Of a DNA stretch of 64,000 nucleotides, positions 1 through 10,351 are shown piece after piece; the first letter of the stretch is position 1, and every line of letters begins with the position of its first letter. Location of the stretch: the NCBI GenBank assembly GCA_963733055.1, contig CAVTBR010000001.1, positions 288,001 through 352,000 on the forward strand. Reading direction: 5' to 3'. The stretch comes from Candidatus Bathyarchaeota archaeon (GTDB lineage Archaea > Thermoproteota > Bathyarchaeia > 40CM-2-53-6). A model generated the notes under the pieces. That model was not told the origin of the DNA. It ran no database searches and saw only the letters and a list, made by a program, of their open reading frames with translations. Position numbers and translations under genes: made by a program.

Positions 1-227
1 TTCAGTCGGAGATTGTCTCCTACGATGTTCCATCTTATTTTGGTATGATTTGCGCAAGCTTCCATAGAATATATTGAATATGCTTGGCCTGTTAGGTCAG
101 GTCGCGTCTATTTATCTGCAAATTTCTTCGACGCTGTACACCATAGCTGGAAAGCAACCACAAGCCATTTCCTCATTTTATTCCCTGTCCGCTCGCGAAC
201 AAAAAAGGAAATTCTACGAGCCGACCC

Positions 228-1286
228 ATGATGCTTGATAAACCAAAACTCTTCGGTAGCCTGATCACTCAGGTAATTCGCCCTAACCTCTGCAGTTTCT
301 GCGGTGCCTGCATGGCTGCTTGCCCGATTAACGTTCTTTGGCCTTCTGGAGAACAACCAACACTCGTCGGAGCTTGTGCTCTCTGCGAGATCTGCTACTA
401 TCAATGTCCTAACGTGGATTTCTTGAGCGACGACGTGGAAATGCTCCTACATAACCGAACCAGACGCCCCGACGAACCCCTTGGAATCTCGCACGGAACT
501 TTCGTCGGCAAGGCGACCAAAAATGAAATTCTCTGCAAGGCTCAGGACGGAGGCGTTGTCACAGCACTTCTCGCATACGCGCTGGAGAGTAAGTTGATTG
601 ATGCCGCTGTTGTTGCGGTTAGGGATTCGAAATGGCGGGCAAAGCCAGAGGTCGCAACGAAATATGACGACCTGGTCAAGGGCGCTGGGACGAAGTATAC
701 AGCGAGCCCAACACTACTCGGCGTTCGATCAGCCGTGGATGAGTACCAGAAGACTAAGATTGGCCTCGTGGGAACGCCATGTCAAATCAAGGCGGTAAGG
801 AGAATTCAGACTTCACCACTCGGAAATGTCCGACTAGCACAGGCAATGACGCTCTCGATAGGTTTGTTCTGCATGGAAAGTTACGCATACGATCCACTCG
901 TCCAAAACTACCTAGTAGGCAAAGGAATCGATCCACTCTCGGTAACTAGAATGGGAATAAAGAAAGGGTCCTTCATCGCATGGTCAGGAGAGACTGAGGT
1001 CCTTCACGTGCCCCTAAGAGATGTCGACGCTTTCGTGAGAAACAGTTGCAAGCATTGCGAAGATTTCACCGCAGAGTACTCGGATATCTCGGTTGGTGGA
1101 GTCGGTTGCCCTAGCGGCTATTCGACAGTTATCGCAAGGACCGAAAAGGGACTTGAACTACTGAAGAACGCTGAGAAGGCCGGGTACATAGAGCTCCGCG
1201 AACTGAAGCCAGAGGAGAAGGGGTACCTGAAAGTCGTAAACATGGCCCAGACAAAGAGACTGAGGAAATCAATCAAACCGATTTAA
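228..1286 (+). CDS. Coenzyme F420 hydrogenase/dehydrogenase beta-subunit family protein (FrhB/FdhB-like) with N-terminal ferredoxin
   Basis: CxxCxxCxxxCP ferredoxin motifs, AQDGGVVTALL, GTKY, VGTPCQ, GLFC, CxxCxDF-DISVG. Confidence 0.9.
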   Translation: MMLDKPKLFGSLITQVIRPNLCSFCGACMAACPINVLWPSGEQPTLVGACALCEICYYQCPNVDFLSDDVEMLLHNRTRRPDEPLGISHGTFVGKATKNEILCKAQDGGVVTALLAYALESKLIDAAVVAVRDSKWRAKPEVATKYDDLVKGAGTKYTASPTLLGVRSAVDEYQKTKIGLVGTPCQIKAVRRIQTSPLGNVRLAQAMTLSIGLFCMESYAYDPLVQNYLVGKGIDPLSVTRMGIKKGSFIAWSGETEVLHVPLRDVDAFVRNSCKHCEDFTAEYSDISVGGVGCPSGYSTVIARTEKGLELLKNAEKAGYIELRELKPEEKGYLKVVNMAQTKRLRKSIKPI

Positions 1287-1374
1287 CAGATATTCACTAG
1301 CAACCAACTAATGTACCTAGGACACTTTCCGACTTAAATCCAAGCCTCGCGATGGCATATCGCGGGCTGGATCG

Positions 1375-2245
1375 TTGTCACAGCTAGACTTCAAACTCGG
1401 CCCAGTACTGAGACTGGGTCCCATTTGCCTGAGAGTGAACGACCTGGCATTAATGCTCTCATTCTACGGGAAAGAGTGCGGACTCAAAGTAATCAAACGT
1501 GATGGAAACTTCACGGCACTCGCGTGCGGACAATCGGAGCAACCAATCTTAATTCTCAATCACGATGAAAAGGCGTTAAAGCCCCCCGCGGACTGCGGCA
1601 GGCCTATATCACTACGCGCTCCTTGTTCCAAACCGAAAGAGCCTTGCTGCCGCGTACGTTTCGCTCGGAAACAACGGCGTAATCTTCGACGGATACGCTG
1701 ACCACAATGTCAGCGAGGCACTGTACTTGAGTGATCCCGAAGGCAATGGAATTGAGATATACGCTGATAGACCGAGAAGCGAATGGAAATTTCATGATGG
1801 CGAGGTTCAGATGGCGACTGAGCCCTTGGACTTGGAGTCGGTCCTCAAAGAATTGCCGAAGGATACAGAGGATAAGATAGATGGGATCGCTGAGGGAACT
1901 CGAGTCGGCCATGTGCACCTGAAAGTAACTGACCTGCAGACTTCGATGGCATTCTACCGAAACGTTTTGGGGCTGGAATTGATGAGCTATTTGGGGAGTG
2001 CGGCGTTCCTATCCGTTGATGGGTACCATCACCACATCGGCATGAACACATGGGAGAGCCTCGGCGGACCGAGAGCTCAGAAATCTAAGCTGGGCCTAGA
2101 ATACTTCGTTCTAAACATTCCCATAACAAACTTGAATGAACTCGCCTCTAAACTCGGAGGAAATTTGAGCGCGCAGAACGAGGAACCTAGAAGACTCTTC
2201 GTCTCAGATCCTGATGATATCTCGCTGATTTTCAGTGCACTCTGA
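1375..2245 (+). CDS. CatE-like two-domain VOC dioxygenase/glyoxalase, split by one frameshift near 1580-1600
   Basis: ORF 1375-1701 continues in another frame as AGLYHYALLVP...DHNVSEALYLSDPEGNGIEIY into ORF 1727-2245 (GHVHL, GYHHHIGMNTW); C6 run at the junction. Confidence 0.85.
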
Positions 2246-2666
2246 TTCTTGAGTTCTTAACCCCGCTTATCACAAAGCATGACTCTCTACAACCGAAGAG
2301 AGAGTAACGCCTACCCGCGATGAAATTGTAGGCTCTCTCCGCCAATGAGGTGCTGAACAGTCTACAGACGAGTTTGAAGGGGGCAAGGAAGTTGCAGATT
2401 TCTGTGATTGCAGCCGGCCCGCTCATTAGTGAACCGTCGTCTCGGATCAGATGCATTCGCCCTTGAAGTTGTTGATCATTCAACCCATACTTTTGCCTCA
2501 TCCGAGAGCCAAGTTCTTGGAAGGGCTCGTACTGGATAGTTTTGTTGCGGTCAATTAGGTTGAGGAACCGAACCGCGCCAGTGCAAAGGTTGCAGATGCC
2601 ATCGTAGACCAATTGCGGCTTTTGAACCAATTTGAAGCTGCCAACCTTGACGTCTTTGAGACTCAA
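2232..2666 (-). CDS. DCC1-like/DUF393 thiol-disulfide oxidoreductase
   Basis: YDGICNLC motif, C-terminal YxFIAxRRY-FG. Confidence 0.85.
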   Translation of the reverse strand: MSLKDVKVGSFKLVQKPQLVYDGICNLCTGAVRFLNLIDRNKTIQYEPFQELGSRMRQKYGLNDQQLQGRMHLIRDDGSLMSGPAAITEICNFLAPFKLVCRLFSTSLAERAYNFIAGRRYSLFGCRESCFVISGVKNSRIRVH

Positions 2667-2827
2667 TGACTCTTGTTTATGCTCGCGTAGAGCAAGTCAC
2701 CCACGTTCATGGGCGGAGGGGTGTAGAGATGAACAAACTTGCATTCATCGCAGTAGCTTCTTTGACATTCCACACAGAAACCTATTGGCCGTCTTCCACT
2801 TCCACAGGAACAGGTTTGCATACTCAT
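2663..2827 (-). CDS. 54-aa B-box-like zinc-finger microprotein (not in the ORF track)
   Basis: Manual translation MSMQTCSCGSGRRPIGFCVECQRSYCDECKFVHLY...; its TGA overlaps the TTG start of the DCC gene (TTGA). Confidence 0.65.
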   Translation of the reverse strand: MSMQTCSCGSGRRPIGFCVECQRSYCDECKFVHLYTPPPMNVGDLLYASINKSH

Positions 2828-3074
2828 GAGAACTCGACCCTCTCGCCACGAACTCTAGTCATCGACGCTGTGAGTCGAGGCGATGAATTATCCTTTGCCC
2901 TCATCGCGCTCAGTAAAATGTGCAGAACCACAAGAATCAGTTGCCGATTTTCAATTGCTAAGTTCGTTTTGCGATATTCGAACGCTTAATCGACCCCAAG
3001 ATTTGATGAGAGCATGAGGCAGGTGGCTTTTTGTCACTACAATTATATACGGTCCCTTGCCTCGTTTCAACTTC

Positions 3075-4556
3075 ATGTCTCAGAATCAGGTCGTAATGGA
3101 GATCGCCGAGAAGTATAAGCCGCTATGGGCGCTCGATAGTGTGAGCTCACTACTTGATTGGGACATGGAAACCTACATGCCAGTAGGTTCCTCCGAACAG
3201 AGAGGTTTCGCAATCGCCCAAACCCAACTGATAAGACAAGAACGCATGACCCAGCTAGTAGACCTGGCACAAAAGGCAGAAAGATTATCCGGACTCAACG
3301 ACTACGAAAAGGGCTTCGTAAGGGTACTGAGACATGACCTCGATTATTACTTGAAAGTCCCTCCCAACCTATTGGAAGACATCTATAGAACCGGAACCGA
3401 GGGGACGGTAGTTTGGCGAGAGGCAAGGCGAAAATCCGACTTTTCGATGTTTGAACCGTATCTGAAAAAAATGGTTGCCTTGAAGAGACAGGAGGCAGAG
3501 AAACTCGGCTACAAGGGGCACCCCTACAATGCGTTGATGGACAGATTCGAGGAAGGATTTACAACCAGCGACGCGGACAGGGTATTTTCTCAACTAACTC
3601 CCGCTCTGAAAGGAATACTCGACAAGATTCTAGCAGCGGGTAAATTCCCACGGACTCACCCGCTCGAAGAAATGAGCTATGAAGAAGTGGCAATGAAACG
3701 AGTGAACGAAGACGTTTTGAAGATATTGCAAATGCCTGAGAAAACATTCAGGATGGATATCTCAACACATCCCTTCACGGCCAGTATGTCCAACGAGGAC
3801 GTGAGGATAACAACTCGTTACGAGGGGAAGGACTTCAAATCTTCCCTCTACTCGACGGTGCACGAATCGGGCCACGCAATTTACGACTTACAAATCGACC
3901 CGTCCCTCAACTATACCCCTCTTTGTAGAATAATTTCATCGGGAGTGCACGAATCCCAATCAAGATTCTGGGAGAATTTCATCGGAAGAAGTAGAGAATT
4001 CGTGAGATTAGTCTATCCGACCTTGAAATCGAACCTTCCCTTCGTCGCGAAATACAACGAGGATCAAATCTATCGCTATCTGAACACGGTGAAACCCAGC
4101 CTCATCCGCGTTGAAGCAGATGAAGTGACTTACAACTTCCACATCATGGTCAGGTATGAATTGGAAAAGAAACTCATCGGCGAAGAAATCCAAGTGTCGG
4201 AAGCGCCTTCACTCTGGAAAGACCTGATGGAAAAGTACGTAGGCGAACGGCCCAAGACCGACGCTGACGGAATCCTTCAAGATGTTCATTGGAGCGGAGG
4301 CCTGTTTGGATACTTCCCCACCTACTCTCTAGGAAACGTCATCGCGGGAATGTTCTACAACCGCATACGGAAGGACATGGACCTCAACGCCACGATTGCG
4401 AAGGGTGAATTTGGTAGGGTTAAGGACTGGCTGAAAGAGAAGATCCACAGACACGGCGCAATATACTCGCCCAAGGAACTACAGAAGAGGTTGTTCGGCG
4501 AAGAATACAACCCGCAATGGCTGATCAACTACTTGCAAGAAAAATACCTAGAGTAA
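3075..4556 (+). CDS. Carboxypeptidase M32 (Taq family)
   Basis: HPF, HESGH, HESQSRFWEN, IRVEADE, DVHW, YFPTY; TATA-like ATTATATA ~26 nt upstream of ATG 3075. Confidence 0.95.
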   Translation: MSQNQVVMEIAEKYKPLWALDSVSSLLDWDMETYMPVGSSEQRGFAIAQTQLIRQERMTQLVDLAQKAERLSGLNDYEKGFVRVLRHDLDYYLKVPPNLLEDIYRTGTEGTVVWREARRKSDFSMFEPYLKKMVALKRQEAEKLGYKGHPYNALMDRFEEGFTTSDADRVFSQLTPALKGILDKILAAGKFPRTHPLEEMSYEEVAMKRVNEDVLKILQMPEKTFRMDISTHPFTASMSNEDVRITTRYEGKDFKSSLYSTVHESGHAIYDLQIDPSLNYTPLCRIISSGVHESQSRFWENFIGRSREFVRLVYPTLKSNLPFVAKYNEDQIYRYLNTVKPSLIRVEADEVTYNFHIMVRYELEKKLIGEEIQVSEAPSLWKDLMEKYVGERPKTDADGILQDVHWSGGLFGYFPTYSLGNVIAGMFYNRIRKDMDLNATIAKGEFGRVKDWLKEKIHRHGAIYSPKELQKRLFGEEYNPQWLINYLQEKYLE

Positions 4557-4577
4557 ACTAGACCAGGTGAGACAGCC

Positions 4578-4967
4578 ATGCCAAAACGATATCGTCTCGT
4601 CTACGCCGGAATACGGGTGAGGGATCTAAAGAAATCAACCGACTTTTACAGAAGGATCATGGGAATGCGAGTCACGAGGCGAGGAACGATGCCCCACGGA
4701 GGCAAGTATGTAGCTCTAAGAAGCCCCGGATCCTCACAAGAACTCGAGTTGAACTGGTACCCGTCTCGAAGCAAATTCTATTCCAAATACCGGAGAGGCG
4801 ACGAGTTAGATCACCTGGCGTTCGGCGTGGGCAACGTGAAAGCAGCGCTAGCCAAACTTGTTTCCAAAGGAGTCGAGGTGGCCGTCTCACTCTCTGAGGC
4901 CAAAGGAGTCACGGAGGTCTACGTGAAAGACCCCGACGGAATCTGGATAGAACTTCTAAACTGGTAA
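4578..4967 (+). CDS. VOC/glyoxalase family protein
   Basis: GIRVRDL..FY, LELNWY, LDHLAF, DPDGIWIEL; GGTGA Shine-Dalgarno. Confidence 0.9.
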   Translation: MPKRYRLVYAGIRVRDLKKSTDFYRRIMGMRVTRRGTMPHGGKYVALRSPGSSQELELNWYPSRSKFYSKYRRGDELDHLAFGVGNVKAALAKLVSKGVEVAVSLSEAKGVTEVYVKDPDGIWIELLNW

Positions 4968-4995
4968 CGCGCTAGCACCTTCGAAGGGAATCGAT

Positions 4996-5568
4996 CTGAG
5001 CGACGCTCTGAGAAGATGCGGCTGGGCGCGGAATGACCCTCTGCTTAGAGTATACCATGACGAAGAGTGGGGCGTTCCTGTGCACGACGACCTCAAACTG
5101 TTCGAGTTTCTCATACTCGAAGGGGCGCAGGCTGGGCTTAGTTGGCTAACCGTACTGAAGAAACGAGACGCCTTCCGATCCGCCTTCGACGGATTCGACC
5201 CAAAGAAGGTTGCCAATTATTCGAACTCCGACATCAGGCAGCTGCTAACCAACCCCGCAATAATCCGTAATCGTCTCAAAATATCAGCGGCGATAACAAA
5301 CGCCCGGCAACTCCTAAGCGTACAGGACGAATTTGGAACCTTCGACAATTACGTTTGGAGGTTTGTCGGTGGCAGGCGGATTGAACATCGGTTCAGGTCG
5401 ATGTCAGCCATTCCCGCGAAGACCAGGGAATCTGACGCCATGAGCCGCGACATGATTAGGCGAGGGTTCAAGTTCGTTGGCTCAACTATTTGCTACGCCT
5501 TCATGCAAGCCGTAGGAATGACAAACGACCACACGATAAACTGTTTCAGATACAAGCAGCTGAAATAA
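4996..5568 (+). CDS. tag: DNA-3-methyladenine glycosylase I
   Basis: RCGW...YHDEEWGVP lies in frame upstream of the track start 5080; LEGAQAGLSW, GFKFVG, NDH..C; likely CTG start at 4996. Confidence 0.92.
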   Translation: MSDALRRCGWARNDPLLRVYHDEEWGVPVHDDLKLFEFLILEGAQAGLSWLTVLKKRDAFRSAFDGFDPKKVANYSNSDIRQLLTNPAIIRNRLKISAAITNARQLLSVQDEFGTFDNYVWRFVGGRRIEHRFRSMSAIPAKTRESDAMSRDMIRRGFKFVGSTICYAFMQAVGMTNDHTINCFRYKQLK

Positions 5569-5666
5569 TCTGCGAACTGCGTTAACGCGAAATCCGCGTC
5601 GAAGATACTCTTTTCAAGACATAGATTGGTTCCTAAGTCGTCAGTGCAGATCCTAATCAGAGTTTT

Positions 5667-5984
5667 TCAAATGAAGTGCGCGACGAGGCCTAGAATGCCA
5701 CCGATCAGGACGAGAAGTCCGCCGATTCCGCCCCCGACGAAGCCGACTATGATCAAGACGATCGCCCAGATCAATTCGGTCACCCGCTTAGATCCTACGA
5801 CGGCCACAATTCCCAGGATTATTGTGATGATACCGCCGAGGCCGAAACCTTCCACGGGTGAGTGAAATGGGATAGATACAGCGTATCCGACGAGGGATAG
5901 GAGCCCAAAGATAATCATGAGAATTCCGCCGATGATGGCGAGAATATACCCGAAATAGCCTATACTTCCTTTCCCGTGCTTCAT
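5667..5984 (-). CDS. Small Gly-rich multi-pass membrane protein
   Basis: Hydrophobic helices, LIGGIL motifs, TTATAAA box upstream. Confidence 0.7.
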   Translation of the reverse strand: MKHGKGSIGYFGYILAIIGGILMIIFGLLSLVGYAVSIPFHSPVEGFGLGGIITIILGIVAVVGSKRVTELIWAIVLIIVGFVGGGIGGLLVLIGGILGLVAHFI

Positions 5985-6131
5985 TATTCTTCAAGCTATA
6001 ACCCGCGGACTTTGCTTTTATAACTTTGTAGAAACAGAACCCCGGGAAGGATTAGGGTAGTCTAAGTTGAATACAAACCCGCGGTATGCGGAACCGAGTA
6101 CACCGAGAACATGAAAGGGTCAGGTTGAAAG

Positions 6132-6626
6132 TTGCCTGTAACGCAACTGCTGAACATCCTCGTGCTTTGGGTTCATCTGTTCAGCGCGGTTCTATTCGTT
6201 GGAGGTTCATTCTTCATGTGGTTAGTCATCGTCCCTGCCTCACATCTCATAACCACCGACGAATCGGAGAGGACGCGAATCGTTGGGAAGCTGGCCAAAG
6301 CCTTCGGTAACCTGACCAACCCCATCCTAATTGTCTTAGTGCTCACCGGGTTGTACAACGCAACATGGTACCTACAATCCGCAAATGCCCTCTTCGAATA
6401 CCCAGGCACGCTCCTACTGACGAAAGCAATCCTCGTAGCAGGTCTGCTGCTACTCATCTATGCCAATAACCTATACTTCGGAAAGAAAATCATCCGACTA
6501 GCCAAAGACGCAAAATTGAACGAACTCAAGGCGCTGCGTCAAACGAGCAGGATCGTTTCGGCAGCAAACCTGACACTAATGCTTCTGATCCTACTCCTCT
6601 CAACGATGATGCAAATGCCTCCCTGA
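6132..6626 (+). CDS. CopD-like membrane protein
   Basis: WVHLFSAVLFVGG, LVLTGLYN, four TM helices. Confidence 0.7.
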   Translation: MPVTQLLNILVLWVHLFSAVLFVGGSFFMWLVIVPASHLITTDESERTRIVGKLAKAFGNLTNPILIVLVLTGLYNATWYLQSANALFEYPGTLLLTKAILVAGLLLLIYANNLYFGKKIIRLAKDAKLNELKALRQTSRIVSAANLTLMLLILLLSTMMQMPP

Positions 6627-6672
6627 AATCGGATCTGCAGCCGCAATTCGAACAACGAGTCACCAATTGTGC

Positions 6673-8106
6673 TCAACTTTTTGGTACTCCGAATCCGATG
6701 CCCATCCAGCTGGTGTCGGGGGTTCGTGTGGCGTAGATGGCTAATGCAAGCGCCCAGAGCTCATCATCGTGAGTTCCATCCGGATGGCTGAATTGGGTTT
6801 GGCCGATTTTGGTGAGTTCGTAGTGTTCCACGTTGATTTGGGCGATTAGGTCTTGGTCTAGGTAGAGGCCGACACTTTCGGTTTCCATCATGTTCTTCAT
6901 GTAACCAAGGATCTCTTGCTTGGACGGGACCGTGAGCATAACGCCCTCGATTATGCTCTTGATGTGCACGTTCTTCATTTCCTCGGTAATGTATTCGCCC
7001 ACACCGGTTCGGTCTACTAGCACTTTCTCGACGCGTTGGAGTTTGTCGCAGATCACCTTCACGTAGCCAATTACGGTGGCGTATGGTGTCTCGAGGGGAA
7101 AGCGAACTACGCTCACGAGCTCTGCCGCCTCCTCTTTCGTGTTCCACTGAACCACCGCTATGACTGAGTTGTCAACTTTCTTGCCGAAGTCGACGCCAAC
7201 AAAGTATCGTCCCGCCGGGGCGATTACGTGCTTTGTCCAGTCGTCGGTGATTGGGGCGAGATCGCTGGCGATACATTGGGCGATTAGTTTCTGTGTGAAG
7301 TAGACGAGCTCGTCCTCAACGAACTCGGCTAGGTATTCTCGGCGGAACCTCTCGCTGGGGGTTCGTTGCTTCATCTCGTCGACGAACTTCTGCGTCGTGA
7401 GGCCGGTGTCCACGACTTCTTTGATTTTGACCCATTGTTTGCTGAACGCTTTTTCTTGGGTGAACTTGTAGAAGACCGAATCCTTGCCCCATGGCGTGCT
7501 GCTTGCGATCAGAGTCCCATCAGTTGTCTGCAGCATGGGGAAGAGGACACTGTAGAAGACGAGTTCGTCTTCACGAAAGAACGCTGCTTCGTCGGTGAGC
7601 ACGTTGCTGGCAGTATAACCTCTCAGGAGGTTGGGGTTGTTGGGTAACGCAACAATCTGCGACCCTTCCCGGAACCAGATAACGGTCCGCTGCATCTTCG
7701 CAACGATCAGGCGGCGCAGCGGTTTGTTAATTGAGAGAAGGAAACGGTGGATCCTATCCATCACGATCATGGATTGGCGGCGGCCCGGGGCCACGATGAG
7801 GCTGGTGGTGCCGGGGTGGGTGGCTGCGTACCAGATCATGCGGACTGCGAGTGTGGTTGTTTTCCCGGATTGCCTGGGCCATACCACCACGATGCGTTTG
7901 CTCGGGTCCTCAAGAAGCGCAACCTGGTAGGGGGTTGGGTTGAAGCTGAGAATATCCTGGGCGAACTTAACGATCTCTTTCCCGTAGTAGTCTCGAGTCT
8001 TCGAATCCCAGATTATGGTTTTCTCAGGCCTCGATGCGTCGCCGCCTGGCGCGTTTTCAGCTTCCAGCTGTTCCGCTGCTTTTTCCAGTTGTTTTTTCAA
8101 GTTCAT
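6673..8106 (-). CDS. Terminase large subunit (ATPase + RNase H-fold nuclease)
   Basis: PTPYQ, Walker A PRQSGKTT, Walker B LTDEAAF, SSTP, nuclease GVDFG / VDRTGVG / HDDEL. Confidence 0.92.
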   Translation of the reverse strand: MNLKKQLEKAAEQLEAENAPGGDASRPEKTIIWDSKTRDYYGKEIVKFAQDILSFNPTPYQVALLEDPSKRIVVVWPRQSGKTTTLAVRMIWYAATHPGTTSLIVAPGRRQSMIVMDRIHRFLLSINKPLRRLIVAKMQRTVIWFREGSQIVALPNNPNLLRGYTASNVLTDEAAFFREDELVFYSVLFPMLQTTDGTLIASSTPWGKDSVFYKFTQEKAFSKQWVKIKEVVDTGLTTQKFVDEMKQRTPSERFRREYLAEFVEDELVYFTQKLIAQCIASDLAPITDDWTKHVIAPAGRYFVGVDFGKKVDNSVIAVVQWNTKEEAAELVSVVRFPLETPYATVIGYVKVICDKLQRVEKVLVDRTGVGEYITEEMKNVHIKSIIEGVMLTVPSKQEILGYMKNMMETESVGLYLDQDLIAQINVEHYELTKIGQTQFSHPDGTHDDELWALALAIYATRTPDTSWMGIGFGVPKS

Positions 8107-8596
8107 GTAGGCCCGCCTTCACACGTTCCAGCAGCGGCGCAACGGCCGCCTGATCTTGGTACTTGAGGATCTCGAGGTGGACGTTAGCTGTAGCAGCCAT
8201 AACTTCCATCACGTGAATTCTCGCTTTCGCATTCTTCGCGGCCTCCTCAGTCTTCATGAAGTCGGCAGCGTCCTGGATTGCTTTCCAAATGAGGGCTTCA
8301 AGGTCGTCTCGACGCTTGTCACTAGGAAGCCCACTGGCGATTGGGATGCCTAACGGTAGGCCCATGCTTAACGCTAGGTCAGTGTACTCTTTGACGTGGT
8401 GGCTGAACTGCAATGCGGCTCCGCCGAACTGCATCGCAGTTCGTTCCCTAGTCTTCGCTTGCAGATGTCCCCTGATGACTTCCTCACGTAGGTATTCGGA
8501 TGGAGTCATGTGTTTTTCAAGCGCAAGCAGGCGGATAGCTTCAAGGTACATGGGTTGAAGCCTGAAGACGACGTTTTGGCCGATCTTAGGATTCAT
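8057..8596 (-). CDS. Putative terminase small subunit / RHH-type DNA-binding protein
   Basis: Overlaps the terL start by 50 nt; N-terminal VVFRL..IRLLA..MTPSEYLRE is RHH-like; remainder helical. Confidence 0.5.
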   Translation of the reverse strand: MNPKIGQNVVFRLQPMYLEAIRLLALEKHMTPSEYLREEVIRGHLQAKTRERTAMQFGGAALQFSHHVKEYTDLALSMGLPLGIPIASGLPSDKRRDDLEALIWKAIQDAADFMKTEEAAKNAKARIHVMEVMAATANVHLEILKYQDQAAVAPLLERVKAGLHELEKTTGKSSGTAGS

Positions 8597-8683
8597 TCAC
8601 AAACATCCCGTTCCTGAACAACCATGTAGCCCACAAGGCATTTAACTAAAATCGTATATTATGATGCCTTAGGTATACTATTA

Positions 8684-9175
8684 TTGTTAACCGAGAAAAT
8701 GCGTCGCCACGTAGAAACGAACTGGAAACGTGTGCCAAAGGAACAATTGAAGACCTACCGGAGCCGTCTACGCTACCAAGCGGTCGCAGCGTTGCTAGAC
8801 CTAGCGCTGGTAGCAGAGAGAGAGCCTGAAGAGCAGCTGCAACAGATATTCACCCCAGACACCGTCGGAATATTGATTCAGGCCTTGACAGGACACGGGT
8901 GCGAAGCAATCCACGCCCGACACCATGAAATCGCCCGCGTAATGCTCAACGCAGCATACAAACGCCTCCAAATCCTCATCGACACCGATTACCGACCCAT
9001 GGTTGTAGAGCCTCTTAACAGGGGTGTGGCTCTCCTAACAATGATCCCCGCCCCGAAAGAACCCCGACAAATGCCACCCGCCACAGTCAACGATCAACGC
9101 GAGAAAACGCAACACCAACGAAGGCGGATTATGCACGATCATCTGGGTCGCCAGCTCCTGGAGGAACACGAGTAG
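8684..9175 (+). CDS. Hypothetical protein (proviral)
   Basis: 163-aa ORF divergent from the terminase pair. Confidence 0.55.
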   Translation: MLTEKMRRHVETNWKRVPKEQLKTYRSRLRYQAVAALLDLALVAEREPEEQLQQIFTPDTVGILIQALTGHGCEAIHARHHEIARVMLNAAYKRLQILIDTDYRPMVVEPLNRGVALLTMIPAPKEPRQMPPATVNDQREKTQHQRRRIMHDHLGRQLLEEHE

Positions 9176-9390
9176 TAATATCCAGAAATGAATGGCAAGC
9201 ATGGGACGGTTAGGTTGGATAGAAGTTACCTCAACAGCCAGATCCTAACGAGGATACCATGAGTAGTTATGGCGACGTCAGGCGACGGATTCCGCATATT
9301 GTGGCCGCTGGTCTTTCTCGCGAAAGGAAGCGGGCACTTGAAAAGTAGTCGTACCAGAGTTTCGTTAATCGTACTGGCAGACACTATTAG

Positions 9391-9843
9391 TCAATTCTCA
9401 TTCGCTTGCAACTGGCGGCAGACGATGCTGTAAGCCAGTTTACTAGCGGCGACCATTTCATCCATAATTCGCTCTACTTCTTTTGCACCTTGATTCTCTG
9501 CTCTTGCGGTACCGAACGTATGAAAGAATTCGTTTCTATGCTCTTGAAACTGACGTATAATTCGAAACTCTTCAGGCGTAACGACTCCCATTTTCTTCAA
9601 GAAGTCAAGCTTTCTTCCGAAAGGTGAGCCGACCAAGAATTGGACTTTCTTGTTTGGATACTCGCAGTCCATGTGGAACTGGTTTGTTACAAGTCGGTCT
9701 ATGTCGAACTCAATACTGCTCCACGCTGCAAGAATCAATTCGTGGAAGCGTTTCTCTTTCCTTAGAATGTCAAAATAAAGCTCGTTCGTCGCTGGCGTAT
9801 CAATGGGTTGTTCAGTCATCTCGTTCGTCCTTGGTTCTCTCAA
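9391..9843 (-). CDS. HEPN-like protein
   Basis: AWSSIE, FGRKLDFL, HRNEFFH (RxxxxH). Confidence 0.6.
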   Translation of the reverse strand: MREPRTNEMTEQPIDTPATNELYFDILRKEKRFHELILAAWSSIEFDIDRLVTNQFHMDCEYPNKKVQFLVGSPFGRKLDFLKKMGVVTPEEFRIIRQFQEHRNEFFHTFGTARAENQGAKEVERIMDEMVAASKLAYSIVCRQLQANEN

Positions 9844-9896
9844 GTCTTATAATTCAACCGGAGGTGATTTATCCGTGCTGCCTTGATTTCTCAGAT

Positions 9897-10283
9897 ATGG
9901 TCGATAAATCTATCTTCGTCTACACGATTGGCCTACCTTTGCTTGTCCTTACGCTCACTATTGCCACTCGATATCCGTTGAAGTCAGAAATTCCAATAGA
10001 GGAAGATAGAGAAAGCGCACTAGCTAGATTCGGGGTGGATACGGGTTTGGACTCTTACTTTGTCGGGTTAGTCGCAGTCGTATCCGCAACTATTGCTAGA
10101 TTCGGCTCATCGGTGCCCTCTCTTGAAGTGTTTGTGATGATCGTCTACGTCGCAATCTCGGCGATAATCGGCCGACTATACAAAGTAGGTTGGAAACGGA
10201 TGAAAAATCACTGCTTCTATGTCGGCATTGCGTCTCTGCTCTTCTCTATCTCGTACGCCCTCTACCTTTTCTTCCTGGTATGA
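9897..10283 (+). CDS. Small 4-TM membrane protein
   Basis: Hydrophobic segments from ATG 9897; the upstream ORF extension overlaps the opposite-strand gene. Confidence 0.6.
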   Translation: MVDKSIFVYTIGLPLLVLTLTIATRYPLKSEIPIEEDRESALARFGVDTGLDSYFVGLVAVVSATIARFGSSVPSLEVFVMIVYVAISAIIGRLYKVGWKRMKNHCFYVGIASLLFSISYALYLFFLV

Positions 10284-10351
10284 ATCTTGGCAAGATTCCA
10301 GACAAGCTTTTATATAAAGGTCCTAGTATAGGACAAGGCGGTGGAAGCGCG

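Noticed and set aside
6636-6660. att duplication of the tRNA-Arg 3' end (CCGCAATTCGAAC)
   Set aside because: Similarity too short and gapped to be significant
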